DNA of 64,000 bases from assembly GCF_036399055.1 (NCBI RefSeq), contig NZ_DASWNX010000033.1. One strand, written 5' to 3'. Origin of the DNA: Jatrophihabitans sp. Lineage in GTDB: Bacteria; Actinomycetota; Actinomycetes; Mycobacteriales; Jatrophihabitantaceae. The translations under genes and the position numbers were made by a program. Shown one piece after another: positions 1-8,780 of this stretch (its first letter is position 1; every line of letters starts with the position of its first letter). The notes under the pieces were generated by a model. The model saw only the letters and a program-made list of their open reading frames with translations. It ran no database searches and had not been told where the DNA came from.

Positions 1-172
1 TTCACACGGCATCCCCACTAGTGCCTCGGCCGGGTGGGCGGACAGGTCGCGCGGGCCGCTGGCACTGAACGCCGACGCGACGTGCGTTCAGCGTCCCATA
101 TATATGGTTTACCGTCCATAATACTTTTAAATAACAAAACGGACTTAGCAGCGCCGCTCCGGCGCTTCCCTG

Positions 173-733
173 CTAGGCCGGACTGCTCGGGGCCAGCCCC
201 AGCGCCGGCCAGATCTCGGGCACCGTGTCGGCGAAACCCATCAGCGCCTGGTCGGCCCGGCTCATGAATCCCTCGGCGACCGCGTGCGAGAGCAGGCTGC
301 GCAGGGGCGTGTAATAGCCGCCGATGTTGAGCACCACCAGCGGTTTGTGCTGCAGGCCCAGCTGTGACCAGGTCAGCGTCTCGAACATCTCCTCCAGGGT
401 TCCCAGGCCCCCGGGCAGCACGATGAAGGCATCCGCCAGCTCGTGCATGACGGCCTTGCGCTCGTGCATGGTGGCCACCACCCGCACGTCGCTCAGATCC
501 AACCGCCCGTACTCCCGGTCCATCAAGGCCTGCGGGATCACCCCGATCACCTCGCCGCCGGTCGAGAGCGCGCCGTCGGAGACCGCGCCCATCACACCCA
601 CCCCGCCGGCGCCGTAGACCAGGCCAAGGCCCCGGCGCCCGAGCTCGGCGCCGAGCGCGTGAGCCTGCGACACGTACTCGGTGGACGCCCCGGCGCTGGC
701 ACCGCAAAACACGCAAATCCGATAAGTGGCCAC
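173..733 (-). CDS. LOG-family (TIGR00730, Rossmann-fold) nucleotide phosphoribohydrolase
   Basis: ICVFCGAS N-terminus, LVYGAG-GVMG, MHERK and the PGGLGTLEE signature. Confidence 0.93.
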   Translation of the reverse strand: MATYRICVFCGASAGASTEYVSQAHALGAELGRRGLGLVYGAGGVGVMGAVSDGALSTGGEVIGVIPQALMDREYGRLDLSDVRVVATMHERKAVMHELADAFIVLPGGLGTLEEMFETLTWSQLGLQHKPLVVLNIGGYYTPLRSLLSHAVAEGFMSRADQALMGFADTVPEIWPALGLAPSSPA

Positions 734-837
734 TACGGCATCTTCTCAGCAGTGTCCCCGAACAGCCAACCACCCCGGCCTCCGGCACGCGGAGAGGCGC
801 CGGTCACGGTGGGGAATGCCATGGGGCCGCCGAGCGG

Positions 838-2151
838 TTGCCCACTACCGTGACCACGTCCGCCTCCGCCGAGCTCAGCAGCACCGGCGCACGCAGCTCG
901 GTCGCGGGGGGCCCGCCGACGCCGGCCGACCGGCGTTGGCGGATGCTGATCGTGGTGGCCATCGTGCTCACCGGCCTGACCATGCGGGTGGCCGTCACCA
1001 GCGTGGGGGCGGTGCTGACCGACCTCGAGCACGGCCTGCACGCCTCGCCCTCGGTCGCCGGCGTCATCACCACGCTGCCGGTGATCGCCTTCGCCGGCAT
1101 CGGCTTTCTCGGCCCGCGACTGGCCCACCGCTTCGGTCAGCACCGGTTGGTGGCAGCGGCGCTGCTGGCGGCCACCGTCGGCCTGGTGTTCCGGGCAGTC
1201 GCCGACAGCGTCTGGCTGTTCGCGGTGCTGAGCATGCTGGCTCTCACCGGCGGCGCGATCGCCAACGTGATGATGCCGACGCTGGTCAAGAGGCACTTCC
1301 CCGACCGGATCGGGACGATGACGGCCGTCTACACCACGTCGCTGGCGCTCGGCCTGACCGCCTCTGCCGGCCTCAGCGCGCCGCTGGCCGGGCTGGACGG
1401 GCAGAACTGGCGGTTCGGCATCGGCGCCTGGGCGTTGTTGACCGCGGTCGCCATCCTGCCGTGGCTGCCGATGCTGGCCGGAGACCGCCCCGGGCCTGCC
1501 GGCCTGCCTGACCGGGTGCCGTTGAGCGGGTTGCTGCGCAGCAAGCTCGCGTGGGCGCTGACCCTGATGTTCGGCACCCAGTCCTTTCAGGCCTACATCG
1601 CCTTCGGCTGGTTCACCGACTTCTTCCGCCATCACAACCTGGACGCGACCGAGGCAGGCCTGCTGGTGGCCTTCTACGCGGCGCTGTCGGTTCCGGTGTC
1701 CATGGCGATCCCCGCTCTGGCGGTGCGCGGCCAGCGCCTGATCGTGATCGTGCTCTCGGCTGCCGGCCTGGTGTCCTACCTGGGAATGCTGCTGGCGCCG
1801 GTCGCCGGCGCCTGGTTGTGGATGCTGCTGGGCGGCATCAGCAGCGGGATGTTCCCGCTGGCCCTGACGATGATCGGGCTGCGCTCGCGCCAGATCCCGA
1901 CCACCGCGGCGCTGTCGGCGTTCGTCCAGGGCATCGGCTACCTGATGGCCGGAACCGGCCCGCTGCTGGTCGGCGTCCTGCTCGGGATCTCCGACAGCTG
2001 GACCTGGCCGCTGGTGCTGTTGATCATCGCCGTCCTCGGAGCAGCGGCAGCCGCCTGGTACGCCGCGCGGCCGGAATTCGTCGACGACCAGCTTCGCCGG
2101 CCGAAGTCGGCCCTGCGGTCGCCGGCCGAAGTCGGCCCTGCGGTCCAGTAG
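838..2151 (+). CDS. MFS transporter, CynX/NimT-like
   Basis: About 12 hydrophobic segments; motifs TLPVIAFA, GAIANVMMPTLVKRHFP, QSFQAY, LSAFVQGIGY. Start may be a few codons downstream. Confidence 0.85.
   Translation: MPTTVTTSASAELSSTGARSSVAGGPPTPADRRWRMLIVVAIVLTGLTMRVAVTSVGAVLTDLEHGLHASPSVAGVITTLPVIAFAGIGFLGPRLAHRFGQHRLVAAALLAATVGLVFRAVADSVWLFAVLSMLALTGGAIANVMMPTLVKRHFPDRIGTMTAVYTTSLALGLTASAGLSAPLAGLDGQNWRFGIGAWALLTAVAILPWLPMLAGDRPGPAGLPDRVPLSGLLRSKLAWALTLMFGTQSFQAYIAFGWFTDFFRHHNLDATEAGLLVAFYAALSVPVSMAIPALAVRGQRLIVIVLSAAGLVSYLGMLLAPVAGAWLWMLLGGISSGMFPLALTMIGLRSRQIPTTAALSAFVQGIGYLMAGTGPLLVGVLLGISDSWTWPLVLLIIAVLGAAAAAWYAARPEFVDDQLRRPKSALRSPAEVGPAVQ
2096..2145. repeat. Perfect 25-bp tandem duplication at the 3' end of the MFS gene
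   Basis: gccggccgaagtcggccctgcggtc occurs at 2096-2120 and 2121-2145. Confidence 0.95.
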
Positions 2152-2169
2152 GCCCGCAGCCCCAGCCGG

Positions 2170-2277
2170 AGGGCGGCCAGCACGGCCCGCCGTCGCGATC
2201 AGCAGCAGCAACACCGCGCCGGCCAGGCCCGCGGCCACCCCGGCAAGAAGCAACAGCGCGAACTCATAGCCTGACAT
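2170..2277 (-). pseudogene. Possible N-terminal remnant of a TauE/SafE-like membrane protein
   Basis: MSGYEFALLLLAGVAAGLAG resembles TauE/SafE N-termini; the frame then runs into antisense of the MFS gene. Confidence 0.4.
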
Positions 2278-2312
2278 CGCCGGCCAGCCTCACGAGCTGC
2301 CAGACTCCAACC

Positions 2313-2801
2313 ATGGCTGCCAAGCGAAGCGCCGGGATCCTGCTGTTCCGCCGTCGACCGCAGCTGCAGGTGCTGATCGGCCATCTCGGCGGGCCGCTCT
2401 GGAGCCGGCGCGAGAGCGCCGCCTGGTCGATCCCGAAAGGTGAGTACGGCCCGGACGAAGCCGCCCTGGACGCGGCCCGGCGCGAGTTCACCGAGGAGCT
2501 GGGGCTGCCGGTTCCCGAGGCGGAGCTCATCGAACTCGGCGTCGTGCGGCAGAGCGGCGGCAAGCAGGTCACCGCCTGGGCCGCCGAGGCCGACCTGGAC
2601 CTCGATCAGGTGGTGCTGGGCACCTTCGAGCTGGAATGGCCCCGTGGCTCCGGGCGCGTCGAGCGTTTCCCCGAGCTGGACCGGCTGGCCTGGTGTGAGC
2701 CGGAGGTGGCCCGGGATCGACTGATCACCAGTCAGCGACAGTTTCTGGACCGGCTGGCCGAGCACCTGCTCAGGCCGCGTGGCCCTGGTGAGACCGGGTA
2801 G
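2313..2801 (+). CDS. NUDIX hydrolase
   Basis: MAAKRSAGILLFR start; Nudix box PKGEYGPDEAALDAARREFTEELG; FPELDR C-terminal motif. Confidence 0.92.
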   Translation: MAAKRSAGILLFRRRPQLQVLIGHLGGPLWSRRESAAWSIPKGEYGPDEAALDAARREFTEELGLPVPEAELIELGVVRQSGGKQVTAWAAEADLDLDQVVLGTFELEWPRGSGRVERFPELDRLAWCEPEVARDRLITSQRQFLDRLAEHLLRPRGPGETG

Positions 2802-4083
2802 CGCAGGCGTCGTCTGACCGGCCGCGGTCGCCCTGGGCCGGCTGGCCCGCCGCCTGCCCGACCTCGGCTGGATCGAGCCGGCGCAGCACCAGCGCGCCAA
2901 GCCCGGCCGCCAGCAGGCAGGCCGCCGCGCCGAGCGCCAGTCCGGCCCGGCCGCCGAACTGCTCGCTGATCGCGCCGGCGATCGGCCCGCCGATCGGCGT
3001 GGAGCCGAGAAAGGCGACCGACCACAGCGCCATCACCCGGCCTCGCATGCCGGGCTCGGCTGCCAGCTGCAGGGTGCTGTTGCCCTTGGCCAGAAAGCCG
3101 ACGCTGGCCGCGCCCACCAGGGTCAGCGCAATGAGTTCCAGGGCCAGCGTCGGCGCCGCGGCGGCCGCGGCGACCAGCACCCCGAACACGGCGGCGGAGT
3201 TGACCAGCGACCTGATGCCGACCCGGCCGCGAGCCGCGACCCACAGCCCGCCCAGCACCGCCCCGACGCCCATCGCCGCCGTCATGAAGCCGTACACCTG
3301 CGGGCCGCCGCCGAAGGTCTGCTTCGCGACCACCGGCAGGACGACCTGGAATTCGTAGGTGAAGCAACCGATCAGGCCCATCATGACCAGGGGAACGGCC
3401 AGCGCCGGAGTCCGCCGGACGTAGCGCAGGCCCTCGCGCAGTTGGCCCGGCGTCCGGCTGGCCGGCGGCGCCGGGCGCAGCGTCGAGGTGTCCAGGGTGG
3501 CGAGTGAGAAGACCACCGCCACGAAGCTGAGGGCGTTGAGCAGGAAGCAGGCGCCGAGGCCGCCGGTGGCGATGATCACGCCGGCGAGCGCCGGGCCGAC
3601 CGCCCGGGCGACGTTGACCAGCACCGAGTTCAAGCTGACGGCGTTGCGCACGTCGGCGGGGCCGACCATCTCGAGCACGAAGGCCTGCCGGGCCGGGTTC
3701 TCGAAGCAGTTGTTCAGTCCGAGCAGCACCGCCAGCAGGTAGACCTGCCACAGCCGCACCTCGCCGGTGACCGTGAGCACGCCCAGCGCGAGGGCCAGCA
3801 CGCCCATGACCGCCTGCAGGGCCATCATCAACCGCCGCTTGTCGACCCGGTCGGCGACCACTCCGGCGTAGGGGCCGAGCAGCAGCACCGGCAGCGTCTG
3901 CAAGGCGACCACCAGGCCCAGCGCGGTCGCCGAGCCGGTCAACTGCAGCACCAGCCAGGCCTGCGCCACGCTCTGCATCCAGGTGCCGGTCAGCGAGATG
4001 GCCTGGCCGGTGAAGAAGCGCCGGTAATTGGGATTGGCCAGGGCGGCGAAGGTCAACCGGCTCGCTCCGGCGAAGCTCGTCAC
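2770..4083 (-). CDS. MFS transporter (DHA3-like efflux)
   Basis: NYRRFFTGQAISLTGTWMQ, GVVADRVDKRR, RGRVMALW; start overlaps the marR stop. Confidence 0.9.
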   Translation of the reverse strand: MTSFAGASRLTFAALANPNYRRFFTGQAISLTGTWMQSVAQAWLVLQLTGSATALGLVVALQTLPVLLLGPYAGVVADRVDKRRLMMALQAVMGVLALALGVLTVTGEVRLWQVYLLAVLLGLNNCFENPARQAFVLEMVGPADVRNAVSLNSVLVNVARAVGPALAGVIIATGGLGACFLLNALSFVAVVFSLATLDTSTLRPAPPASRTPGQLREGLRYVRRTPALAVPLVMMGLIGCFTYEFQVVLPVVAKQTFGGGPQVYGFMTAAMGVGAVLGGLWVAARGRVGIRSLVNSAAVFGVLVAAAAAAPTLALELIALTLVGAASVGFLAKGNSTLQLAAEPGMRGRVMALWSVAFLGSTPIGGPIAGAISEQFGGRAGLALGAAACLLAAGLGALVLRRLDPAEVGQAAGQPAQGDRGRSDDACATRSHQGHAA

Positions 4084-4574
4084 CGTCCTGCCTTCTCCAG
4101 CTCGGCCTTGACCGGCTGCGGCCGGTTGAGATGCTCGGCCAGCGTCTCCAGGGCGGGCAGGGCGGCGGACAACGCCTCGACCTGCTCGGCCGGCAGGCCG
4201 GACAGGCGCGCGGCGAACAGCTGGCTTCGCTGGCGGCGCAATCGCTGCTGCAGCGCGCGTCCGGCGGCAGTGGTCTGCACCCGCACGGCGCGCCGGTCGG
4301 CCTCGGTGGCCGCCCGCGACACCAGCCCGTCGGCCTCCAACTTGCCCACCACCCGCGACAGCATGGTGGGGTTCAGCCCTTCGATGTCAGCCAGTTCGCT
4401 GAGACCGAGTGGCCCGAGCCGGGCCACGGTGGCCAGCACCGACAGCTGGGTGCGGGTCATCCCGTCCCCGGAGACCTGCCGGTCGACCTGCCGGGCGATC
4501 CGCGCCAGCGCGATCCGCAAGCGGTCCACGTCCTGGGCTGCGAACCGCTGGGTGCGCTGCTTGTCCTTCTGCAC
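4080..4574 (-). CDS. MarR-family transcriptional regulator
   Basis: LSELADIEGLNPTMLSRVVGKLEADGLV and DRRAV wing motif; GTG at 4574 with GGGAG RBS upstream. Confidence 0.92.
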   Translation of the reverse strand: MQKDKQRTQRFAAQDVDRLRIALARIARQVDRQVSGDGMTRTQLSVLATVARLGPLGLSELADIEGLNPTMLSRVVGKLEADGLVSRAATEADRRAVRVQTTAAGRALQQRLRRQRSQLFAARLSGLPAEQVEALSAALPALETLAEHLNRPQPVKAELEKAGR

Positions 4575-4707
4575 TCGGGTGATCTCCCTAAATATTTGCC
4601 TATCGGCAAGCATACGTCGAACCGGGCGAGCTCGCCAGGCGCCTCGGCTGCGGGCTGCGGTCCTCAGCGCGCGGCGTCGCCAGGACACTGTGGAAGGGTC
4701 CGATCAT

Positions 4708-7700
4708 GTGAAATCCGGCTACAGAAGTGTCCCCGCCGGATTACCCTTGGCCCAGGCGCGGGGCACTCGCTCTGCTGGCCAGCGCAGAGGAGCTCCGGTG
4801 GCCGCGAGGCGTAGTGACCCGGTTCGCACGACCGGCAAGCCCGGGCGGGCGAGGCCTGATCCGAGCACACCCGAGCTGCAACCGGCCGACCCCGCCCGGC
4901 CGGCCGGTGCGATGGTGGCGCTGCCGGGTCTGGCTGTGACCCCGGGCGCGGGGTCCCCGGATCGGTTGCGGACCGGCCTGCAAGCCTTGGCGGCCCGTCC
5001 GAAGCTGATGGTCGGACGCGCTGACGACCCGGCCGAGATCGAGGCCGACGCGATGGCCGAGGCCGTGCTGGGCCGGTTGCCGCACGAAGGCGCCGCTGAC
5101 ACCGGCGACCCGCATCAGGGCGTGGTCGGACCGCTGCGCCGGGCAGCAGCCGGCACGCCGACGCCGGCTGTTGCCCACGCGGCAGCGCTCGGAGCGGCCG
5201 GCGGCGAGGTCGACAGCCAGACCGAGCAGGCGCTGCAGGCGGCGAGGTCCTCCGGCGCGCCGCTGTCGAGCACCGTGCGCCGCGAGTACGAGGCCGCCTT
5301 CGGCGCCGACTTCAGCGGCGTGCGCGTGCATTCGGGCCCGGCGTCGGCGCAGCTCAACGCGGCGCTGGGCGCCCATGCCTTCACCCTCGGCTCTGACATC
5401 TACTTCGGCGACCGGGTGCCGACCACCGCCGCTCCCGCCGACCGGCGCCTGATGGCCCATGAGCTGGCCCACACCCTGCAGGACGGCGGTGGCGCGCGCC
5501 GGGCGATGGTGCGCCGGCTGGCCGTGCAGATCACCCCGGCCTGGCATCAGCCCGAGGACGAGGAGCTGCCCGAGGAGGCGGAGCTCGCCAGCACCGAGGC
5601 CGCACCGCACACCGAGACGCTGCCCGAGGCCCACGTCGGCAGCTCCGATGAGCCGATGACGCCCGAGCTCACGGTCACCGGCGCGCCAACCGCCAAAGCC
5701 TGGGAGCTCGTCATCGAGTCGGTGGCGATCGTGGGGCGCCCGACCACGCTGTTCACCGGTTCGATGGGCGATCACATGACCGCCTTCGTGATCTCGCGCA
5801 AGGGCGTGGAGAACGCGCTGTTCGGGCAGTCCTTTCCGGTCGCGGTGCGGGAGCTCGGTGAGATGGTCGACGACCTGGAGAAGCTGCCCGGCTGGGCGCT
5901 GGTCGACTCGCTGAAGCCGGCCGAGGAGGAGGAGTCGCCAGAGACCGTCACAGAGCCGGCAAGCCTCGGGACTGCCGACATCGAGGGCGAGGCCAGTGGA
6001 TCGGCGTTGCCCAGCAGCGCGTCGGCTCTCACCGCGGTCATCGACCTGGACGAGGAGGAGGCTCCGGCCCGGCCCGAGCCCTACCGGCGGGCATCCCACC
6101 ATGCCCGGTTCCGGGAGGCAGAGCAGAACCTGATCGCCCGTCGTGCGCTGGTGGACACCGCCGCCACCGACGATGTGAAGGTGCTGCGGCTGCAGGATTA
6201 CGTCGCGGCCTACCTGGAGCTGCGCGAGCTGGTCCCGCTGTCAGCGTCCAACTGGCTAGGCGCCAACCGCGGCAAGGGCGGCAAGGGCGATGGCGAGACC
6301 GGCCTGGAGGGCTTTCTCGCCGCCCCCGGCACCCAGCGGCCGGGCAACCTCCGCCGGGACTTCCTGAGCACGATCGCCACCTACCGGATGGCCCAGGCGG
6401 CGATCGAGCCCAACAAGGACGCGCTGGCCATCCTGATGCCGGGCCTGGACCACGCCCTGAGCGCCGACGAGCGCACCGAGCTGATGGCGCGCCAGCACGT
6501 CCAGTCGGTGCTCACCAACTTTCCGCAGAACTTCGCCGGCCTGGCCGATGACATCCTGCGGGCCGAAGGCCGCGAGCCGATTGGCAAGGGCGCCGGGGCG
6601 AGCAGCGCGTCCAGCGCGGAGGCCGAGCGTGACCAGGACGCCGACTTCACGATCATCCTCAACCACCTGAGGCGGATCGTCCGGATGCGCTATTCCGAGG
6701 CTGCGGAGAAGGAGTACGCCCACCAGACGCAGGTGGCCCAGGTGCTGGAGGGCGCCGAGGAGGCCGAGACCGCCATCCGGGATGCGATGGCCCTGACGGC
6801 GTTCATGAAGACCCCGGCGCCCACCCGGATGAAGGCGTCGGCGCTGACCGAGGAGGAGAAGGGCAGCGGCCGCGTTCCCAAGCGCGAACGCGAGGGCGGG
6901 CCGGAGACCGTCGAGGACGGCGACGGGCTCTACCGGGGGTTGACGCCCGGGCAGGCCAAGAAGGTGTACACCGGCCGCGACGGTTTCACCAAGCGCAAGT
7001 CCGACCCACCGAGTCCGCTGCCCAAGTCCGATCTCGCGGTGCAGATCCTGCTCGACGACACGGGCGCGGTCGGGCGCGCGGTGGTGGGGCGGCAGGGCAA
7101 GTACACCAAGGGCGCCCACACCATCCCGTGGATGCAGTGGGTGCTCTGGCTCAACGCCGACATCATCGGCAAGCAGCCCGCGGCCGCGCTGGCTGCCTTT
7201 CAGACCACGACAGAGCCCGCGGTCAGGGCCAAGCTGGCCGGCGACGTCGTGGTCACCACCGCCCCGTCGGAGTCGATGACCGGTGAGGCGTCGATGACCG
7301 GTGAGGCGATGACGCTCGAGATCGGGGAGGCCGGCCCCGAGGGCGCAGACGCCGACCAACCGGTCGGGTCGATGCCGCTGATCGAGCTTCAGGTGGCCAT
7401 CGCCGACCTGCTCGATGAGATCACCGACGCCGCGGACAGCTCCGTCCTCGACGCCACCGACACCGGCGGCAAGGGCGAGGCCAGCCACCGCATGGCACTC
7501 GCCGCCTACGAGAAGGGTCAGCGGATGTTGACCCCCGAGCAGTTGGTGATCCACATCCTGGCTCTGTGCGACGTGGGCGAGGCCGATTCGAAGCTGGCGA
7601 AGCGGACCGTGAAGAAGGCGCTGGCGGGTGCGGCGCAGGACTACCCGAATGCCTACGCGGCGAGCCTGATCTCAGAGGATGAGCTGGAGGACCTGGTGGA

Positions 7701-7827
7701 TCGGGCCAGCATCGGCAAGGAAGGCGTGTACGAGCACGACTCCGAGTCCGAGCCGGACTCCGAATCGGAGTCAGAAGAGGAGAAACGCTCGAAGAAACGG
7801 AAGAAGAAGGCCCACAAGGGCAGGTGA
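4708..7827 (+). CDS. DUF4157 (eCIS core domain) protein with long unknown C-terminal region; putative toxin/effector
   Basis: EIEADAMAE preceding motif, FGADFSGVRVH...AHAFTLGSDIYF...LMAHELAHTLQ (HExxH). Start uncertain (GTG 4708 or ATG 4912). Confidence 0.85.
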   Translation: MKSGYRSVPAGLPLAQARGTRSAGQRRGAPVAARRSDPVRTTGKPGRARPDPSTPELQPADPARPAGAMVALPGLAVTPGAGSPDRLRTGLQALAARPKLMVGRADDPAEIEADAMAEAVLGRLPHEGAADTGDPHQGVVGPLRRAAAGTPTPAVAHAAALGAAGGEVDSQTEQALQAARSSGAPLSSTVRREYEAAFGADFSGVRVHSGPASAQLNAALGAHAFTLGSDIYFGDRVPTTAAPADRRLMAHELAHTLQDGGGARRAMVRRLAVQITPAWHQPEDEELPEEAELASTEAAPHTETLPEAHVGSSDEPMTPELTVTGAPTAKAWELVIESVAIVGRPTTLFTGSMGDHMTAFVISRKGVENALFGQSFPVAVRELGEMVDDLEKLPGWALVDSLKPAEEEESPETVTEPASLGTADIEGEASGSALPSSASALTAVIDLDEEEAPARPEPYRRASHHARFREAEQNLIARRALVDTAATDDVKVLRLQDYVAAYLELRELVPLSASNWLGANRGKGGKGDGETGLEGFLAAPGTQRPGNLRRDFLSTIATYRMAQAAIEPNKDALAILMPGLDHALSADERTELMARQHVQSVLTNFPQNFAGLADDILRAEGREPIGKGAGASSASSAEAERDQDADFTIILNHLRRIVRMRYSEAAEKEYAHQTQVAQVLEGAEEAETAIRDAMALTAFMKTPAPTRMKASALTEEEKGSGRVPKREREGGPETVEDGDGLYRGLTPGQAKKVYTGRDGFTKRKSDPPSPLPKSDLAVQILLDDTGAVGRAVVGRQGKYTKGAHTIPWMQWVLWLNADIIGKQPAAALAAFQTTTEPAVRAKLAGDVVVTTAPSESMTGEASMTGEAMTLEIGEAGPEGADADQPVGSMPLIELQVAIADLLDEITDAADSSVLDATDTGGKGEASHRMALAAYEKGQRMLTPEQLVIHILALCDVGEADSKLAKRTVKKALAGAAQDYPNAYAASLISEDELEDLVDRASIGKEGVYEHDSESEPDSESESEEEKRSKKRKKKAHKGR

Positions 7828-7831
7828 GGCG

Positions 7832-8254
7832 CTAGGCCGGCGCGGCCGCGCCGCCCTTGCCGGGGTGCTCGGCCAGCAGCCGCTGCATGTCCTCCAGCTC
7901 GAAGAACCGCGCGATCTCCACAGCCGACCGCCCGCCGTGGCGGGGGTCAGCGCCCGCTGCCAGCAGCGCCTCGACGATGCCGCGGTCCCGGCCGAACACC
8001 GCCGCGGCCAGCGCGGTCTGGCCGCGGTCGTTCACCCGGGCGGTGTCGGCGCCGCGGTCCAGCAGCAGCCGGACCGTCTCACCATGGCGGTGGTAGGCGG
8101 CCAGGATCAGCAGCGAGTCGCCCGCGGCGTTGGTGAGGTTCACCGGCACGCCGGCGTCGAGCAGCTCGGCCAGCCGTTCGGTGCGGCCGTGCCTGGCCAG
8201 ATCGAGCACATCCAGCAGAAAGCCGATCTCCTCGTCGCTCAACGCCTCGGGCAT
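7832..8254 (-). CDS. Ankyrin repeat protein
   Basis: GDSLLILAAYHRHGETVRLLLDRGAD and GQTALAAAVF...LLAAGADP ankyrin consensus. Confidence 0.92.
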   Translation of the reverse strand: MPEALSDEEIGFLLDVLDLARHGRTERLAELLDAGVPVNLTNAAGDSLLILAAYHRHGETVRLLLDRGADTARVNDRGQTALAAAVFGRDRGIVEALLAAGADPRHGGRSAVEIARFFELEDMQRLLAEHPGKGGAAAPA

Positions 8255-8288
8255 GAGCACAGTCTAGAGCCGGCCAACCGCCCCCATA

Positions 8289-8303
8289 CTTGACTCGATC
8301 AAG
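8289..8303. promoter_or_regulatory. Inverted repeat CTTGA-N5-TCAAG, candidate Fur/CatR autoregulatory operator
   Basis: Palindrome in the 70-bp gap between the divergent ankyrin and fur genes, about 20 nt before the fur ATG. Confidence 0.55.
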
Positions 8304-8324
8304 ATTAGGGGCGAAGCTGGGCTG

Positions 8325-8780
8325 ATGGACTCCTCGGTTGCGTTGCGGCAGGCGGGCCTGCGGGTCACCGCGCAGCGGCGAGTGGTCCTGGGCGCCCTGC
8401 AAGGCGCGGCTCATGCCACCGCGGCCCAGATCGCCTCGCGCATCGCCGCGCTGCCGGTGGGCGCCTTTTCCGAGGTGTCGCGGCAAGGCCTCTACAACGT
8501 GCTCGAGGATCTGACCCGGGTGGGCCTGGTGCGCTGCATCGAACCTGCCGGATCGGCGACGCGCTACGAACTGCGCACCGGTGACAACCACCACCATCTG
8601 GTGTGCCGAGCCTGCGGCCGGATCGAGGACATCGCCTGCGCAGTCGGCCAGGCGCCGTGCCTGGACCTGCCCGACGGCAAGGGCTTCACCATCGAAGAAG
8701 CCGAGATCACCTGGTGGGGAGAGTGCATGCAGTGCACCGCAGCATCCCCGCTCCCAACCGAAGAAGGAGACAGCGCATGA
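8325..8780 (+). CDS. fur: Fur-family regulator (FurA/CatR/PerR-like)
   Basis: [19 protein letters not shown] and CxxC Zn sites; ATGA overlap with catalase. Confidence 0.93.
   Translation: MDSSVALRQAGLRVTAQRRVVLGALQGAAHATAAQIASRIAALPVGAFSEVSRQGLYNVLEDLTRVGLVRCIEPAGSATRYELRTGDNHHHLVCRACGRIEDIACAVGQAPCLDLPDGKGFTIEEAEITWWGECMQCTAASPLPTEEGDSA

Noticed and set aside
733-2277. Long antisense ORFs (733-2277, 8792-10468, 49498-51153, 56890-58728 and similar)
   Set aside because: These are typical stop-free shadows of real genes in high-GC DNA, rich in R/G/H/Q/V and without motifs.
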